From Patescibacteria group bacterium (lineage in GTDB: Bacteria; Patescibacteriota; Minisyncoccia; Phycocordibacterales; DATDWN01), in the NCBI GenBank assembly GCA_040384485.1, contig JAZKJH010000002.1:231951-295950 (forward strand): DNA of 64,000 nucleotides, in the 5' to 3' direction. Of this stretch, positions 44,976 to 54,731 are shown one piece after another. Position 1 is the first letter of the stretch. Every line of letters starts with the position of its first letter. The translations under genes and the position numbers were made by a program. The notes beneath the pieces are model-generated. The model was not told where the DNA came from, searched no databases, and saw only the letters and a program-made list of their open reading frames with translations.

Positions 44976-45698
44976 CTATAAAACTTTTTTAATCTCATCG
45001 AACCAAAGTCCATACCCGTCATCACTCAAATGTAAAAAATCTTCTGCATAATACTTTTTTGGATTGTTCCGCAAAAGCGGCTCAGCAGGTGCATCTATCA
45101 AATCAACATAATGAGCATTGTATTTACTAGCCAGTTTTTTATATATTTCTCGCATTTCAAAACTTCTTTTTGAAAGAATCTTCCTCATATATATTGGGAA
45201 AAACCTCGACTCCCCAACATTTCCAGAGTGAAGAATAACTAGTTTATCTGTTTGAGTAGAAAGCCTTTGTAAAATTTCTTCTAAATCTTTCTCTATGTCG
45301 GACATTGAAGTTAGTCGGATAATATCGTTTGCACCTATTTGCACTAGGATAATGGAGAATTTTTCCTCTTTATTTATTGCGCCCAGCACTGCCTGCAACC
45401 CCTTTAACCTCATACCATTTACAGCTAGGTTTCGCACAATAGCATCTGGGTAAAAAGTTGCCAAGCGTCCAGCGGTGCTCAACTCTGGGTTAACTACACC
45501 AGTCCCAACAGCAGTACTGTCTCCTAATACTAAAATTTTATTTTCAGAACTAACCCCTATTCGCTCAAAAGGAACTGAATTCTCTGCCAGGACCTTTCCC
45601 TTCTTAAAAAGTAAATAAAACCTAATTGCATCTACCACAAAAAGTATAATGAGAAGAGCAACAATGCCGATAACTAAATTTTTAAATGGGAAAATCAT
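44976..45698 (-). CDS. SGNH/GDSL-type hydrolase
   Basis: N-terminal TM segment. ILVLGDSTAVGTG (GDS block I) and GANDI (block III). Confidence 0.75.
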   Translation of the reverse strand: MIFPFKNLVIGIVALLIILFVVDAIRFYLLFKKGKVLAENSVPFERIGVSSENKILVLGDSTAVGTGVVNPELSTAGRLATFYPDAIVRNLAVNGMRLKGLQAVLGAINKEEKFSIILVQIGANDIIRLTSMSDIEKDLEEILQRLSTQTDKLVILHSGNVGESRFFPIYMRKILSKRSFEMREIYKKLASKYNAHYVDLIDAPAEPLLRNNPKKYYAEDFLHLSDDGYGLWFDEIKKVL

Positions 45699-45753
45699 AT
45701 TTATATGCTACCACACATACATTCTTTAATTATTTTGCGTAGTTTATTTTGAT

Positions 45754-46242
45754 CTAAGTTAACTTCTTCAGCAAATATTCGCCATGTTTTACAGACACAG
45801 GTTGGACGGAAAGCCGTGAGCCGGTTTGGGCAACCACAATGCCTTCTAGTTTTGGATCAAATTTTATTTGAGCCAAGGTGAGTGGGGTTTTAAACTTTTT
45901 TACATATTTTATATCCACACAAAACCAAATTGGTTTTTCTTTTGTAGCCTTTGGTTCGTAATGATCATCCTTTTTATCGAACTGAGTTTGGTCTGGATGA
46001 GCAACACTACATACCTGTGCTAGTCCGTAAATACCGGCCGGAGTCGCGTGTGTTCCACCAGAGTAATAAAAGAAAACAAAATCCCCTACCTTCATATCAC
46101 GCACCATATAGTTGCGAGCTTGATAGTTACGGACTCCACCCCAAGAAGTTTTCTTGTCGGACTTCAGATCATCAATGCTGTAACAATCCGCTTCGCTTTT
46201 CATTAACCAATACTGTTTTGATTCTTTAGAAACTTTTGCCAT
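45754..46242 (-). CDS. EVE (PUA-like) domain protein
   Basis: YWLMKSE...WGGVRNYQARNYM...GDFVFFY motifs. Confidence 0.7.
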   Translation of the reverse strand: MAKVSKESKQYWLMKSEADCYSIDDLKSDKKTSWGGVRNYQARNYMVRDMKVGDFVFFYYSGGTHATPAGIYGLAQVCSVAHPDQTQFDKKDDHYEPKATKEKPIWFCVDIKYVKKFKTPLTLAQIKFDPKLEGIVVAQTGSRLSVQPVSVKHGEYLLKKLT

Positions 46243-46243
46243 A

Positions 46244-46903
46244 TTATATTTTTATTTTATCGCCCAGATATTGCGGTTTTCTTTTAAAAATTAAGTTAAT
46301 CACCGCTTTTTCATTGGCCAATATTTCTCTCCAATAATTACGAAAAGATGTACTCCCGATATCAGCACTGGCTCCAGACGCTTCGATGCCTAGCTGGCGA
46401 GCTAAGAAAACCGCCCGCGGCAAATGAAATGACTGAGTACTGATAATTATAGATGAAACTCCAAAAATGTCTCGGGCACGATACATAGTGCTGTATGTGT
46501 CGAAACCAGCATGGTCAAGAAAAATATTCGCTTCTGGTATTCCTTTGCTAATTAGATACAGCCGAACAGGGTTTACTTCGTTGTATGCGTCAGAGCTGTT
46601 GTCCCCGGAAACAAGGATTTTTGAAGCCTTGTTAGCTTCATATAACTCTACTGCCTTATCAACTCTCTCTAGAAAAATAGCGGACAGAGCTCCGTTAGGA
46701 AATACTCCTGCCCCAGGGATTATAATAACTTCTGCTTTGGGCACGTCATTTATGTCGTTATAGATGTAGGACTTGGAAACTACTCTAACAGCCACGTTAA
46801 CAAAAATAACTAGTGCGACAAAAATTCCGAAAATATAAACCGGCCATCTCACAAATCGCCACACTTTATTTAGTGTAAAATATTTATTTATAAATTCTCG
46901 CAC
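46244..46903 (-). CDS. SanA/YdcF (DUF218) family membrane-anchored protein
   Basis: N-terminal TM segment followed by a DUF218-like core (IIIPGAG...ILVSGD). Confidence 0.65.
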   Translation of the reverse strand: MREFINKYFTLNKVWRFVRWPVYIFGIFVALVIFVNVAVRVVSKSYIYNDINDVPKAEVIIIPGAGVFPNGALSAIFLERVDKAVELYEANKASKILVSGDNSSDAYNEVNPVRLYLISKGIPEANIFLDHAGFDTYSTMYRARDIFGVSSIIISTQSFHLPRAVFLARQLGIEASGASADIGSTSFRNYWREILANEKAVINLIFKRKPQYLGDKIKI

Positions 46904-46937
46904 AAGTAAATTAGTTATTAAAGTAATATTAAAATAA

Positions 46938-47966
46938 TTATAACATATTATTTATTCTCATTTCTATATCATCACGCATATCTCTTAATTCAAAATCATA
47001 AGGGTCGAGCGATGTAGCAACATTCATATGCAATAAAGCTTTCTTTTCCTCTCCAATTGTCCAGTAATAATTAGCCATTGCTTGATAACACCATGCATAT
47101 TCTGGATCATAATCTATACACTTTTGTGCGTTAATGCGAGACTTGTCATATTCTTTGAGATGTAGGTAGGCGTTGGCGAGTGAAGCATATGCAGCTGCAT
47201 AATAAGGCGAAAATGAAATTGCCATTGTTTGGTATTCGACTGCTTTTTGGTGGTTACGCTTTCTATTTTCGGAAACACCCAGCCAGTAATATGCATATGC
47301 TTTCTCTTCGTTTGTTTCGGCATCAGAAAGAGCCCTTTGTGCAGTATTTGTTTGCTCACTCCAGTTTTTTTGAACCCAGTTTGCAGAAGATTCGAACAAG
47401 CGAGCGTTGTAGTTACCCATACTGTTATAAACACCCACTCCCGCTATAACCAATATTATTCCGAAAATTTTAGCCCGTTTCCACGTGTCATCAGTCCTCC
47501 TATAAATGAGGTAGACGAGTGGTATTCCTATGATTAGCAACGTGACAACTGAAAAAAGTGCGTCGTGTTTAACAAAGTTATAGGTATAACCGGAAATGTC
47601 GGCATCAAGGTATGTTGAGTAAATTATTGGCCGAATATTAACTGTCGCCAAGAGAGATGCTGTAATGAGAAAAACGTCTATAAGTGTAGAGACCTTGGTA
47701 TCTTTTACATTACTAAATCTTTCTGACAGTACTCTTCCTATTGCATAGTAGGAACGGCGCACAAACCTGTATGTCACAACAAAAATAATAGAGTGAAATA
47801 TTGCATTAAAAACTGACAATGAAATTATATCCTGATTTAAGTTGCCGTTCGGAAGAAATAAAATATCTCTGTTGTATACTTCCAAAGCAAGTCCGACAAG
47901 AATAAGCATGAAAACTATTGCTAGTTCAACGAGAGTCTGCCACAAAAAGTAGAACTTAGTTTTCAT
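46938..47966 (-). CDS. membrane protein with C-terminal TPR repeats
   Basis: About 6 TM helices followed by TPR-like AYYWLG.../YASLANAYLHLKEYDKS repeats. Confidence 0.6.
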   Translation of the reverse strand: MKTKFYFLWQTLVELAIVFMLILVGLALEVYNRDILFLPNGNLNQDIISLSVFNAIFHSIIFVVTYRFVRRSYYAIGRVLSERFSNVKDTKVSTLIDVFLITASLLATVNIRPIIYSTYLDADISGYTYNFVKHDALFSVVTLLIIGIPLVYLIYRRTDDTWKRAKIFGIILVIAGVGVYNSMGNYNARLFESSANWVQKNWSEQTNTAQRALSDAETNEEKAYAYYWLGVSENRKRNHQKAVEYQTMAISFSPYYAAAYASLANAYLHLKEYDKSRINAQKCIDYDPEYAWCYQAMANYYWTIGEEKKALLHMNVATSLDPYDFELRDMRDDIEMRINNML

Positions 47967-48049
47967 ATTTATATTTAAAAATGTTCTCTTATTTTATCAA
48001 AGTTTATGATATTAAAAAACCCACCGATACACTGGTGGGGTTTTGATTC

Positions 48050-48721
48050 TTAAAACAAATCAAGAATATCGCTTATGTTTCTTATGGAATACGCTGACGG
48101 GTGTCTCTTTGGCAAAAGAAGAACCGATGGAATTTCAGCAGCCTCAGCTGCTTCAATCCCCGCAATCCCGTCCTCCACAACCAGACAGTCCGATAGTGGT
48201 GTGTTACCAGCAGCCTTGAGCCATACCTCTGGATGAGGCTTACCTTCTTGCACCATGTCTCTGCCGACAATGCTTTCTGCTCGAAAAAAATGATACAAGC
48301 CATTAATATCGAGCAATCTTTGTGCCCACATAACAGGTGAGGCAGTTCCAATAGCCAGTTCGACTCCTCGAAGTTGGAGTTGCGTGAACAACCGACGGAG
48401 ATCACACATCTCCCTGGCTTCTTTTGCAAGTGGCAACAACATTCCCCACTTTTTATCTGACAATTCTGCAGCAAGTGGTTGAGGACAACCCATGAGCTCC
48501 ATGAATACTCGTTCCGTTTTGACTCCAGCATATTTATCGCTGATGTCGTCAGCTGAGACATGAATCCCATGTGTAGCCATAAGCTGCGACTCAATTTGTG
48601 CATGGAACTTTTGGGTATCCCAAAGTGTTCCATCCAAATCGAACAAGACTTTCTTTATCAATCTGACCTCCAACAGTGATAGTACAATACCTGATTTACT
48701 TGTCAACAAAAACACCAGCAT
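48050..48721 (-). CDS. HAD-superfamily hydrolase (beta-phosphoglucomutase-like, subfamily IA)
   Basis: VLFDLDGTLWDT motif I. G+C-richer than the surrounding window. Confidence 0.7.
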   Translation of the reverse strand: MLVFLLTSKSGIVLSLLEVRLIKKVLFDLDGTLWDTQKFHAQIESQLMATHGIHVSADDISDKYAGVKTERVFMELMGCPQPLAAELSDKKWGMLLPLAKEAREMCDLRRLFTQLQLRGVELAIGTASPVMWAQRLLDINGLYHFFRAESIVGRDMVQEGKPHPEVWLKAAGNTPLSDCLVVEDGIAGIEAAEAAEIPSVLLLPKRHPSAYSIRNISDILDLF

Positions 48722-48743
48722 TCACAAATGCTGGTGTTTTTTT
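48705..48743. terminator. rho-independent terminator
   Basis: AACACCAGCATT-CACAA-ATGCTGGTGTT followed by TTTTTTT. Confidence 0.6.
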
Positions 48744-48762
48744 AGTACCGTGTTTATAAAAA

Positions 48763-48921
48763 CTAATTATTATCTCCACCTATTTGTAGTTCGATTCCAT
48801 TTGTATCTTCTTGCTCTGCTTTAAAATATCCTTCTTTGTAAGCAAGGAAGCCAACTACAGCTATTATCACAACGATAAGTATTCCCACTAAAACACTATT
48901 TGATGATGATCCATTATTCAT
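48763..48921 (-). CDS. 52-aa single-TM small protein (MNNGSSSNSVLVGILIVVIIAVVGFLAYKEGYFKAEQEDTNGIELQIGGDNN)
   Basis: Below the ORF-track cutoff. A hydrophobic core is flanked by polar ends. Confidence 0.3.
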   Translation of the reverse strand: MNNGSSSNSVLVGILIVVIIAVVGFLAYKEGYFKAEQEDTNGIELQIGGDNN

Positions 48922-48970
48922 AATTTTATATTAAATTGATATTGAACAATTATAACATTTTAATTCTTTT

Positions 48971-49378
48971 TTAATCAATTCTACTTAGGTCTCCTCCCAA
49001 AATAACAGAACCTAGAGACTGAAGCTCGTCGTCGATATATTTCTGATTTGGCAAAGGATTCAAAACAAAAATCTTTTTGCCTCTATAATGTGCAAAAGCC
49101 ATTTCCAAAAATGTACTGGCTCCAATATAGTTTTCTATCTCTTTTTTTGTATAGTTCAAAACCAAGATAGCATCTGAGCTATCGATTTTATCGAAATGAG
49201 TTTTAGCTAGATTCAGACTCTTCTTAGCTTCTATACGTTTTGAGCCATCCTCCTCCCAATAGTCTAGTCCTGGTACTTGAATAGGCATAAGAACAGTGTG
49301 CCCTCTCGAACGCAGCTGCTCATCTATTGCAAGCATCTCATTAAAAAACTTGATTGACCCACACAAAGTTATTTTCAT
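48971..49378 (-). CDS. nucleoside 2-deoxyribosyltransferase-like protein
   Basis: ITLCGSIKF...DAILVLN...IGASTFLEMAFA matches the PF05014-type pattern. Confidence 0.55.
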   Translation of the reverse strand: MKITLCGSIKFFNEMLAIDEQLRSRGHTVLMPIQVPGLDYWEEDGSKRIEAKKSLNLAKTHFDKIDSSDAILVLNYTKKEIENYIGASTFLEMAFAHYRGKKIFVLNPLPNQKYIDDELQSLGSVILGGDLSRID

Positions 49379-49440
49379 ATTTTCAATAATATCACTTTTC
49401 GACGCTTTGACATCCTAGACAAAAAGCATAAAGTTAGTGT

Positions 49441-50538
49441 ATGTCAAAAGTCCTAGTTACAGCTGGACCCATACCAGCAAGAGTTGACTCAGTCAAATAC
49501 ATACTCAACAGGTTTCGTGGTGGTTTAGCACTAAAAACAGCTGAAAATCTACAAAAAATGGGGCACGAAGTAACTGTCCTAGCTTGGGAATATGCTGGCA
49601 TTGAAACCGAGCTACCTTTGATCAAAATCAGAGACGTCAACGACTACTTCGAAAAAGTTCTGGAATATAAAGCTGATGCATACATACTAGCGGCAGCAGT
49701 AGCCAACCTTGCTCCTCTCAATCCTTTCCCCGGCAAGTTTCCATCTCACAACTACAAAGTAGGTGACGTTTTCCCTATCGAGTTCACTATTGCCCCTAGA
49801 GTCATAGATTCTATTAAAAACAAATACCCAACTGCAACTTTAGTAGCCTATAAGCTATATGATGGAACAGACGAAGAGCTGATAAAAGCTGGGAAGAAAA
49901 CTTTGTTCGAGAGTCGAGCTAATATAGTTTTTGCGAACCACCCTAAGTGGGCAAAAGAAAAAAAGCTGGTCATAACCGCAGATGGTGCTGTGTTTCCTGT
50001 TAGTTTCGACGAACATATAGACCTGATTGATAAACTTCTTAAAGAAGATTTTTACAAAACAGAAATAGGAGGTGAGACTACGCCCGACCTGACAAGCGAG
50101 GATATTTTTATTATAGGCTCTTATCCAAAACACAGAGATTCAAACATGGTATTCGGCACATTTGCTATTAGGAAACCGAACGGCTTTCTAACCACAACTC
50201 GAGGAAAAAAACTTGGAGAAAAATCGATCTCTTTTGTGACGAATGTAGATCATGAAAATAGGATAGTTTATGCAAACCAAAAAGCTACCCTAAACGCTCC
50301 TCTACTCCATATGTTGTTTCAAGAAAACCCACACATAAAATACCTAGTACACGGACATGAACTAATAGGAGAAAAAACTCAGGATATGTATCAGTTTCCG
50401 GGAACTGCCGGAGACTTGAATAATGTAGTAACAGCTCCTGGTAAAGATTTTCTAATTGAACTTCCCCACCATGGATACATAGCTGGGTTTTCTGAATTTG
50501 TTGAATGCCAAGAATTTATAAAAAAACACAATGACTGA
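49441..50538 (+). CDS. CoaB (phosphopantothenate-cysteine ligase)-like N-terminal domain fused to a C-terminal domain with class II aldolase-like His motifs
   Basis: VLVTAGPIPARVDSVKYILNRFRGG...GHEVTVL resembles the CoaB/DFP signature. The C-terminus has LVHGHE and LPHHGY. Confidence 0.6.
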   Translation: MSKVLVTAGPIPARVDSVKYILNRFRGGLALKTAENLQKMGHEVTVLAWEYAGIETELPLIKIRDVNDYFEKVLEYKADAYILAAAVANLAPLNPFPGKFPSHNYKVGDVFPIEFTIAPRVIDSIKNKYPTATLVAYKLYDGTDEELIKAGKKTLFESRANIVFANHPKWAKEKKLVITADGAVFPVSFDEHIDLIDKLLKEDFYKTEIGGETTPDLTSEDIFIIGSYPKHRDSNMVFGTFAIRKPNGFLTTTRGKKLGEKSISFVTNVDHENRIVYANQKATLNAPLLHMLFQENPHIKYLVHGHELIGEKTQDMYQFPGTAGDLNNVVTAPGKDFLIELPHHGYIAGFSEFVECQEFIKKHND

Positions 50539-51133
50539 TTGGAACAAATACAAAAATACATTCCCGACGCGATACCTAGAACAGGGGTACTTCGATGAAT
50601 ACATCAAAAAAATAATTTCTGAAACAAAACCTAAAACTATTCTAGATATTGGTGGCGGAGTAACCGGCACCACAGCACTTGTTGATTCTGGAGCAAAAGT
50701 CTACCTTCTTGATCCCTTTGTTACAAACAAACCTGACTGGATATTCGAAAAAATAAATTGGGACACTGTCCAACAATTTGATTTAGTTGTGGCGCGTGGA
50801 AGCATCAACTACCTAACAACAAATGAATTATTAAAAATCAATAAATTAATCAGTCCCGAAGGAACTTTTATTGCCAATACATTTCTAAATCAGCCAAAAC
50901 AAGAATGGTCGGAAAGGCTGTATGTAAATACACTGGGTGAAGAAGGGACAGAACGCTCTAGATACAATCTTGAAAAGCAGGTTATTGAGCACGAATTAGT
51001 TACTAAATCTGGAGAAGTCATTAGCCACACTTTCTTTTACCATTCGCCAGATATCTACAAAAAGATATTCCCTGGTATAAACATAACTGAGTACAAAACT
51101 AACTCAGCCATTCTACATTTTAGATTTTTTTAA
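50531..51133 (+). CDS. probable class I SAM-dependent methyltransferase
   Basis: ILDIGGGVTG (motif I) with a downstream LLDPF. It overlaps the upstream gene by 8 bp (ATGA), suggesting translational coupling. Confidence 0.5.
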   Translation: MTDWNKYKNTFPTRYLEQGYFDEYIKKIISETKPKTILDIGGGVTGTTALVDSGAKVYLLDPFVTNKPDWIFEKINWDTVQQFDLVVARGSINYLTTNELLKINKLISPEGTFIANTFLNQPKQEWSERLYVNTLGEEGTERSRYNLEKQVIEHELVTKSGEVISHTFFYHSPDIYKKIFPGINITEYKTNSAILHFRFF

Positions 51134-51137
51134 AAAT

Positions 51138-51389
51138 CTAACGGTGTGGGCATCCCGCCCAACAACATGGTCTTCGCTTACCTTCCAACAAATGCTCCTT
51201 CACTCTTCTAACATGCTCTTTTCTTGTTTCTATTTTTTTTGGAGAAACTACCCAACAAATCCATTCATTGCGGGCTAGTGGTGTGATGTCTTCCCATACT
51301 GCCAATACTGAAGCACTCGAAGTAAGCACCTTCTTCAGGTCATCAGGTACTTTATGAACTACACCTTGAGAAATAGTCTTTTTAATCAT
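51138..51389 (-). CDS. YdeI/OmpD-associated-like small protein with a C-terminal CCWAGCPH motif
   Basis: 83 aa. The basic KKIETRKEHVRRVKEHLLEGKR stretch is typical of OmdA-like domains. Confidence 0.45.
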   Translation of the reverse strand: MIKKTISQGVVHKVPDDLKKVLTSSASVLAVWEDITPLARNEWICWVVSPKKIETRKEHVRRVKEHLLEGKRRPCCWAGCPHR

Positions 51390-51399
51390 TGTAAACAGA

Positions 51400-51798
51400 T
51401 TATAAACCTAATTTAGTAGCTATGAAATATGTTGCGACAGAAACCGAAGCTGCTATGAATGCTCCCCAAGCAAGGTCAACGATAGTAACTAGAAGTGGCC
51501 AGTCTTTTGCGACAGCAAGATTTGTTAAATCATATGTAGCGTAACAAACCAAGCCAAATAGAGCTCCAAAAAGTAAGGCGTGCATCCATGATGCCTTTTC
51601 TACTGCTGGATTTATCACAAATACTATCAAAGCTGCGATAAACACAAGATAGAAAACGACGGCCGCATACCAATTAACATCTGACTTCATTAGATTACCT
51701 ATTTGTTCCCGGTAGAAATTTTTTGCAAGTACTCCAAGCCAAACCAAATCCATAAAAATAAATATTGGTAATGCTATCGCGTATAGTTTTATAAACAT
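51400..51798 (-). CDS. DUF2177-like membrane protein
   Basis: Four TM helices. Confidence 0.5.
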   Translation of the reverse strand: MFIKLYAIALPIFIFMDLVWLGVLAKNFYREQIGNLMKSDVNWYAAVVFYLVFIAALIVFVINPAVEKASWMHALLFGALFGLVCYATYDLTNLAVAKDWPLLVTIVDLAWGAFIAASVSVATYFIATKLGL

Positions 51799-51816
51799 AG
51801 TTTTGACTGTAAAATA

Positions 51817-52110
51817 TTACCAAATTTTGTAAATCTCTCTTGAACCAGAAACGTACATATCGTTCATGTTTGCAAAAGCTTCATTCATTTTTTGCATTTC
51901 TGGAGTTGGGTTTGCCCACTTTTCAAAAGATTTCTCATATGCAGTTAGGTTTTCATACTGATTGACCATTATCACTCGATGAAACTGACCAGTCATATCT
52001 GTCATTATATTTACTGTCTCTGGGAAATTACCCATATGCTCTTTACATAGCTTTGCTAGTTTTCCTGCGTTACCTGGTTTGCAAACAAAAATATCATGTA
52101 CGTGTATCAT
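51817..52110 (-). CDS. hypothetical protein, possibly an alpha/beta-barrel (Dabb/NIPSNAP-like)
   Basis: 97-aa ORF. The assignment is weak. Confidence 0.45.
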   Translation of the reverse strand: MIHVHDIFVCKPGNAGKLAKLCKEHMGNFPETVNIMTDMTGQFHRVIMVNQYENLTAYEKSFEKWANPTPEMQKMNEAFANMNDMYVSGSREIYKIW

Positions 52111-52182
52111 AAAGTTTTAAGATAATTTTAATTCAGTCATTTTACCTTAAAATACATGAGTGCTCAAATGTTTAGTATACTG

Positions 52183-52224
52183 AAAAAAATAAATGCCCCT
52201 CCAGAAAATTTTCTGGAGGGGCAT
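52183..52224 (-). terminator. rho-independent terminator of 52236..52823
   Basis: ATGCCCCTCCAGAAAA / TTTTCTGGAGGGGCAT, a 16-bp stem, preceded by an A-run. Confidence 0.65.
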
Positions 52225-52235
52225 GTTTCGAGGTA

Positions 52236-52823
52236 CTACTTAAGCTGTGCCATGTACTCAGACGCAAACGCAACTTCGTCACGGGTTAAGTACCCGTACC
52301 CTTTGATTATCACCTGGTCTTCTGTAAACAACCTTCGGTACCACGGAGGACTTTTGGTCACAGTCAGACTACAACCAGCCAGCCAAATTTCTCTAAAACC
52401 AAGTAACATAGAAGTGAGGTCGACAGCCTCCTCAACTTCTTGAAGCCGATGCTTTACTGAGTACAGCACAACATGACAAAGTTCATGAGCTATTGCAAGT
52501 GTAGCTTGCTCATAAGTTGTTTCCTTCAAAAAAGACTTGCGTAGGTACACCTCCACAGTTACTTCCCTGAATCTGGGTGTCCCATAAATCGGCAAGTCGC
52601 CCGGTGCTCTCAGCCATGCTGGTGCTACTGGTCCCCCGCTGTTTACCAACAGCAATTTTACCTTGAGATCAAGACGAAGAAGTTGTTGCACATGTCTCAC
52701 CATGCCCAAATAATTCTCTTCTGCGTGCATACTGGCGAGCTTGTCCGTTTTGACCGGTAGTCTTGCGGGACCAAAAGAATCTCGAAGCTCTTTGATGTAG
52801 GATTCAATCAATTCTCTACGCAC
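52236..52823 (-). CDS. hypothetical HExxH-motif (zinc metallopeptidase-like) protein
   Basis: HELCH motif. G+C-richer than the surrounding window. Confidence 0.5.
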   Translation of the reverse strand: MRRELIESYIKELRDSFGPARLPVKTDKLASMHAEENYLGMVRHVQQLLRLDLKVKLLLVNSGGPVAPAWLRAPGDLPIYGTPRFREVTVEVYLRKSFLKETTYEQATLAIAHELCHVVLYSVKHRLQEVEEAVDLTSMLLGFREIWLAGCSLTVTKSPPWYRRLFTEDQVIIKGYGYLTRDEVAFASEYMAQLK

Positions 52824-52934
52824 TCTTTCATCACCTCATTTCTAAAAAGAACACTGATCAAACATGATCAAATTTAAAATTTTATAACATATTTAAGCAA
52901 ATTGATCAAACTAATAGTGTGCTAAAATAAAAAT

Positions 52935-53303
52935 ATGAAACCAGAGGATCCAAATAAAAAACATCGCATCTACACAATGAGCTTTGCAAGTGTGTATACA
53001 CACTACATAACCAAAGTGGAGAGAAAGAGTCGTACCAAAAAAGAATTGGATGAAATTATTTGCTGGCTCACTGGATACACTCAGAAAAAGTTAGAGAAAC
53101 AAGTAGAAAAACAAACCAACCTTGAAGATTTTTTTGCGCAAGCACCAAAGCTCCACCCTAACCGCTCTTTAATTACTGGAGTTATCTGCGGTGTTAAAAT
53201 TGAAGAAATTAAAAATCCTCTTATGCGCGAAATTCGCTATATGGACAAGGTTGTTGACGAACTCGCAAAAGGTAGACCAATGGAAAAAATCTTGAGAAAA
53301 TAA
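52935..53303 (+). CDS. DUF2200-like protein
   Basis: 122-aa ORF with the family-typical N-terminus ([10 protein letters not shown]). Confidence 0.5.
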   Translation: MKPEDPNKKHRIYTMSFASVYTHYITKVERKSRTKKELDEIICWLTGYTQKKLEKQVEKQTNLEDFFAQAPKLHPNRSLITGVICGVKIEEIKNPLMREIRYMDKVVDELAKGRPMEKILRK

Positions 53304-53449
53304 ATCAAAATATCATTGATTTTCGCTTCTAAAGCGTAATGGTTTATTACGCATTCTACTGTTGACAAACAAGATTTATTATGCTAAGATAAATGTTAGA
53401 TCTAATCCCCGCCACGTGGGTTACGTGGTGTTCCTTGACTGGAGACAGA

Positions 53450-54064
53450 ATGAAGTATTTTTCCCGAGCGTTGTTCGTTGTACTGATTGGAGTGCTTGTT
53501 ATTGCATGCGATGGCGGGCCTCGTACGCCCCAGCAATCAGTTAGTGGAGCGACACAGGCTGCACCCGACACTGTTCCAAAGAATTCCAAGGGAAACACTG
53601 TCGAACAACAAAACATCGCCGATCGACTCAAGGTGACACAGGATCCAACAAAAGTGATGTGGATTCACCTCATCGCACTCGATGGTCGGATTCTGCGCCG
53701 TATGGCAGTCCGCAACAAAGTAACCAGCTCCAGCAAAAGGCTGGAACCTGTCCAGGCGGTCGTAGTATCAGGCGACATGAAGAGTGGCTACTACCCGGCA
53801 GCACCTGGTGGATTTCAAACACCCGAACTGATTCAGCCTGATGGGACTCATGGTTCATCTGACCCGTACATCTTCTGGTTCGACCCAATGGGTCGATATC
53901 ACCAGTGGGGCACGGCCGGTGGACTGGGTTATCTTCTAACAGACTACCCGATCGATATCGGGAGTGAAATGGACGAGATTACCGGCCTCTTTCAAATGAA
54001 CGAAGCGGCTGCCAAGTGGCAAGCCGAACAAGAAAGCAAACTCAGAAAAGCGGAGGGAAAGTAA
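53450..54064 (+). CDS. hypothetical lipoprotein
   Basis: Start chosen at MKYFSRALFVVLIGVLVIAC (lipobox-like LVIAC) with a GGAGACAGA ribosome-binding site. G+C-richer than the surrounding window. Confidence 0.55.
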   Translation: MKYFSRALFVVLIGVLVIACDGGPRTPQQSVSGATQAAPDTVPKNSKGNTVEQQNIADRLKVTQDPTKVMWIHLIALDGRILRRMAVRNKVTSSSKRLEPVQAVVVSGDMKSGYYPAAPGGFQTPELIQPDGTHGSSDPYIFWFDPMGRYHQWGTAGGLGYLLTDYPIDIGSEMDEITGLFQMNEAAAKWQAEQESKLRKAEGK

Positions 54065-54065
54065 C

Positions 54066-54569
54066 ATGGGCATGAACAGTTGGGACGGACTCGACAACTC
54101 GATCGAAAAAGGACCGTTGTCCGGGATCTGGAAGATCATCGGCATCGGACTCCTCGTGATTGTGCCGTTGAGCATGATCGGATGGGGCTTGGGCTTGTTC
54201 AGTGAGGCGGCTCAGGTCGCTCAGGAAGAGTTCGGTCCTCGAGCAGCTCTCGACAAGTACGAATGGTTCATCGAGCAGTCCACTCGAATTGAAAAGATGG
54301 ACCAGGACATCAAACTGTTCGAGGGCAGCGCCGAGGCCGTTGATAAACAGTACGCCGGTTACGGTGACCAAACCAAATGGTCTCCGGACATTCGTCTGCA
54401 GTACAACCGGGCAAAACAGCAGAGCCGTGATGACCTTATCGCTGTCGTCTCCCAAAGAAACAATTTGGTACGGGAATACAATGGGGCTTCACAGAAGTTC
54501 AATTGGAGTCCCTTCCAGACCGATCCGAAGAAACCCAAGGAACGCTTCCACGAGTACACCACTCGTTAA
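54066..54569 (+). CDS. membrane-anchored protein, weakly LemA-like
   Basis: One TM segment. C-terminal RNNLVREYNGASQKFNWSPFQ resembles the LemA C-terminus. G+C-richer than the surrounding window. Confidence 0.45.
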   Translation: MGMNSWDGLDNSIEKGPLSGIWKIIGIGLLVIVPLSMIGWGLGLFSEAAQVAQEEFGPRAALDKYEWFIEQSTRIEKMDQDIKLFEGSAEAVDKQYAGYGDQTKWSPDIRLQYNRAKQQSRDDLIAVVSQRNNLVREYNGASQKFNWSPFQTDPKKPKERFHEYTTR

Positions 54570-54578
54570 CACGTTCTC

Positions 54579-54618
54579 GGCCTCGATCACAGCATTGCTG
54601 TGGTCGAGGCCTTTTTTA
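54579..54618 (+). terminator. rho-independent terminator
   Basis: GGCCTCGATCACAGC-ATT-GCTGTGGTCGAGGCC followed by TTTTTT. Confidence 0.7.
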
Positions 54619-54676
54619 TTATCTGAAATATGAAAAAAATAAGAAACATTAACTAAGAGAGCTATTTATTTTCCAT

Positions 54677-54707
54677 ATAAAAACCACCAAACGAGTTGGT
54701 GGTTTTT
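54677..54707. terminator. bidirectional terminator
   Basis: AAAACCACCAA-ACGAG-TTGGTGGTTTT. Confidence 0.6.
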
Positions 54708-54731
54708 AGAACAGATAACTGTTTCTATAAT

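Noticed and set aside
54042-54633. Overlapping ORFs (54042..54455 minus; 54202..54633 plus, other frame)
   Set aside because: They are shadow ORFs of the GC-rich gene 54066..54569. High-GC sequence generates long spurious ORFs.
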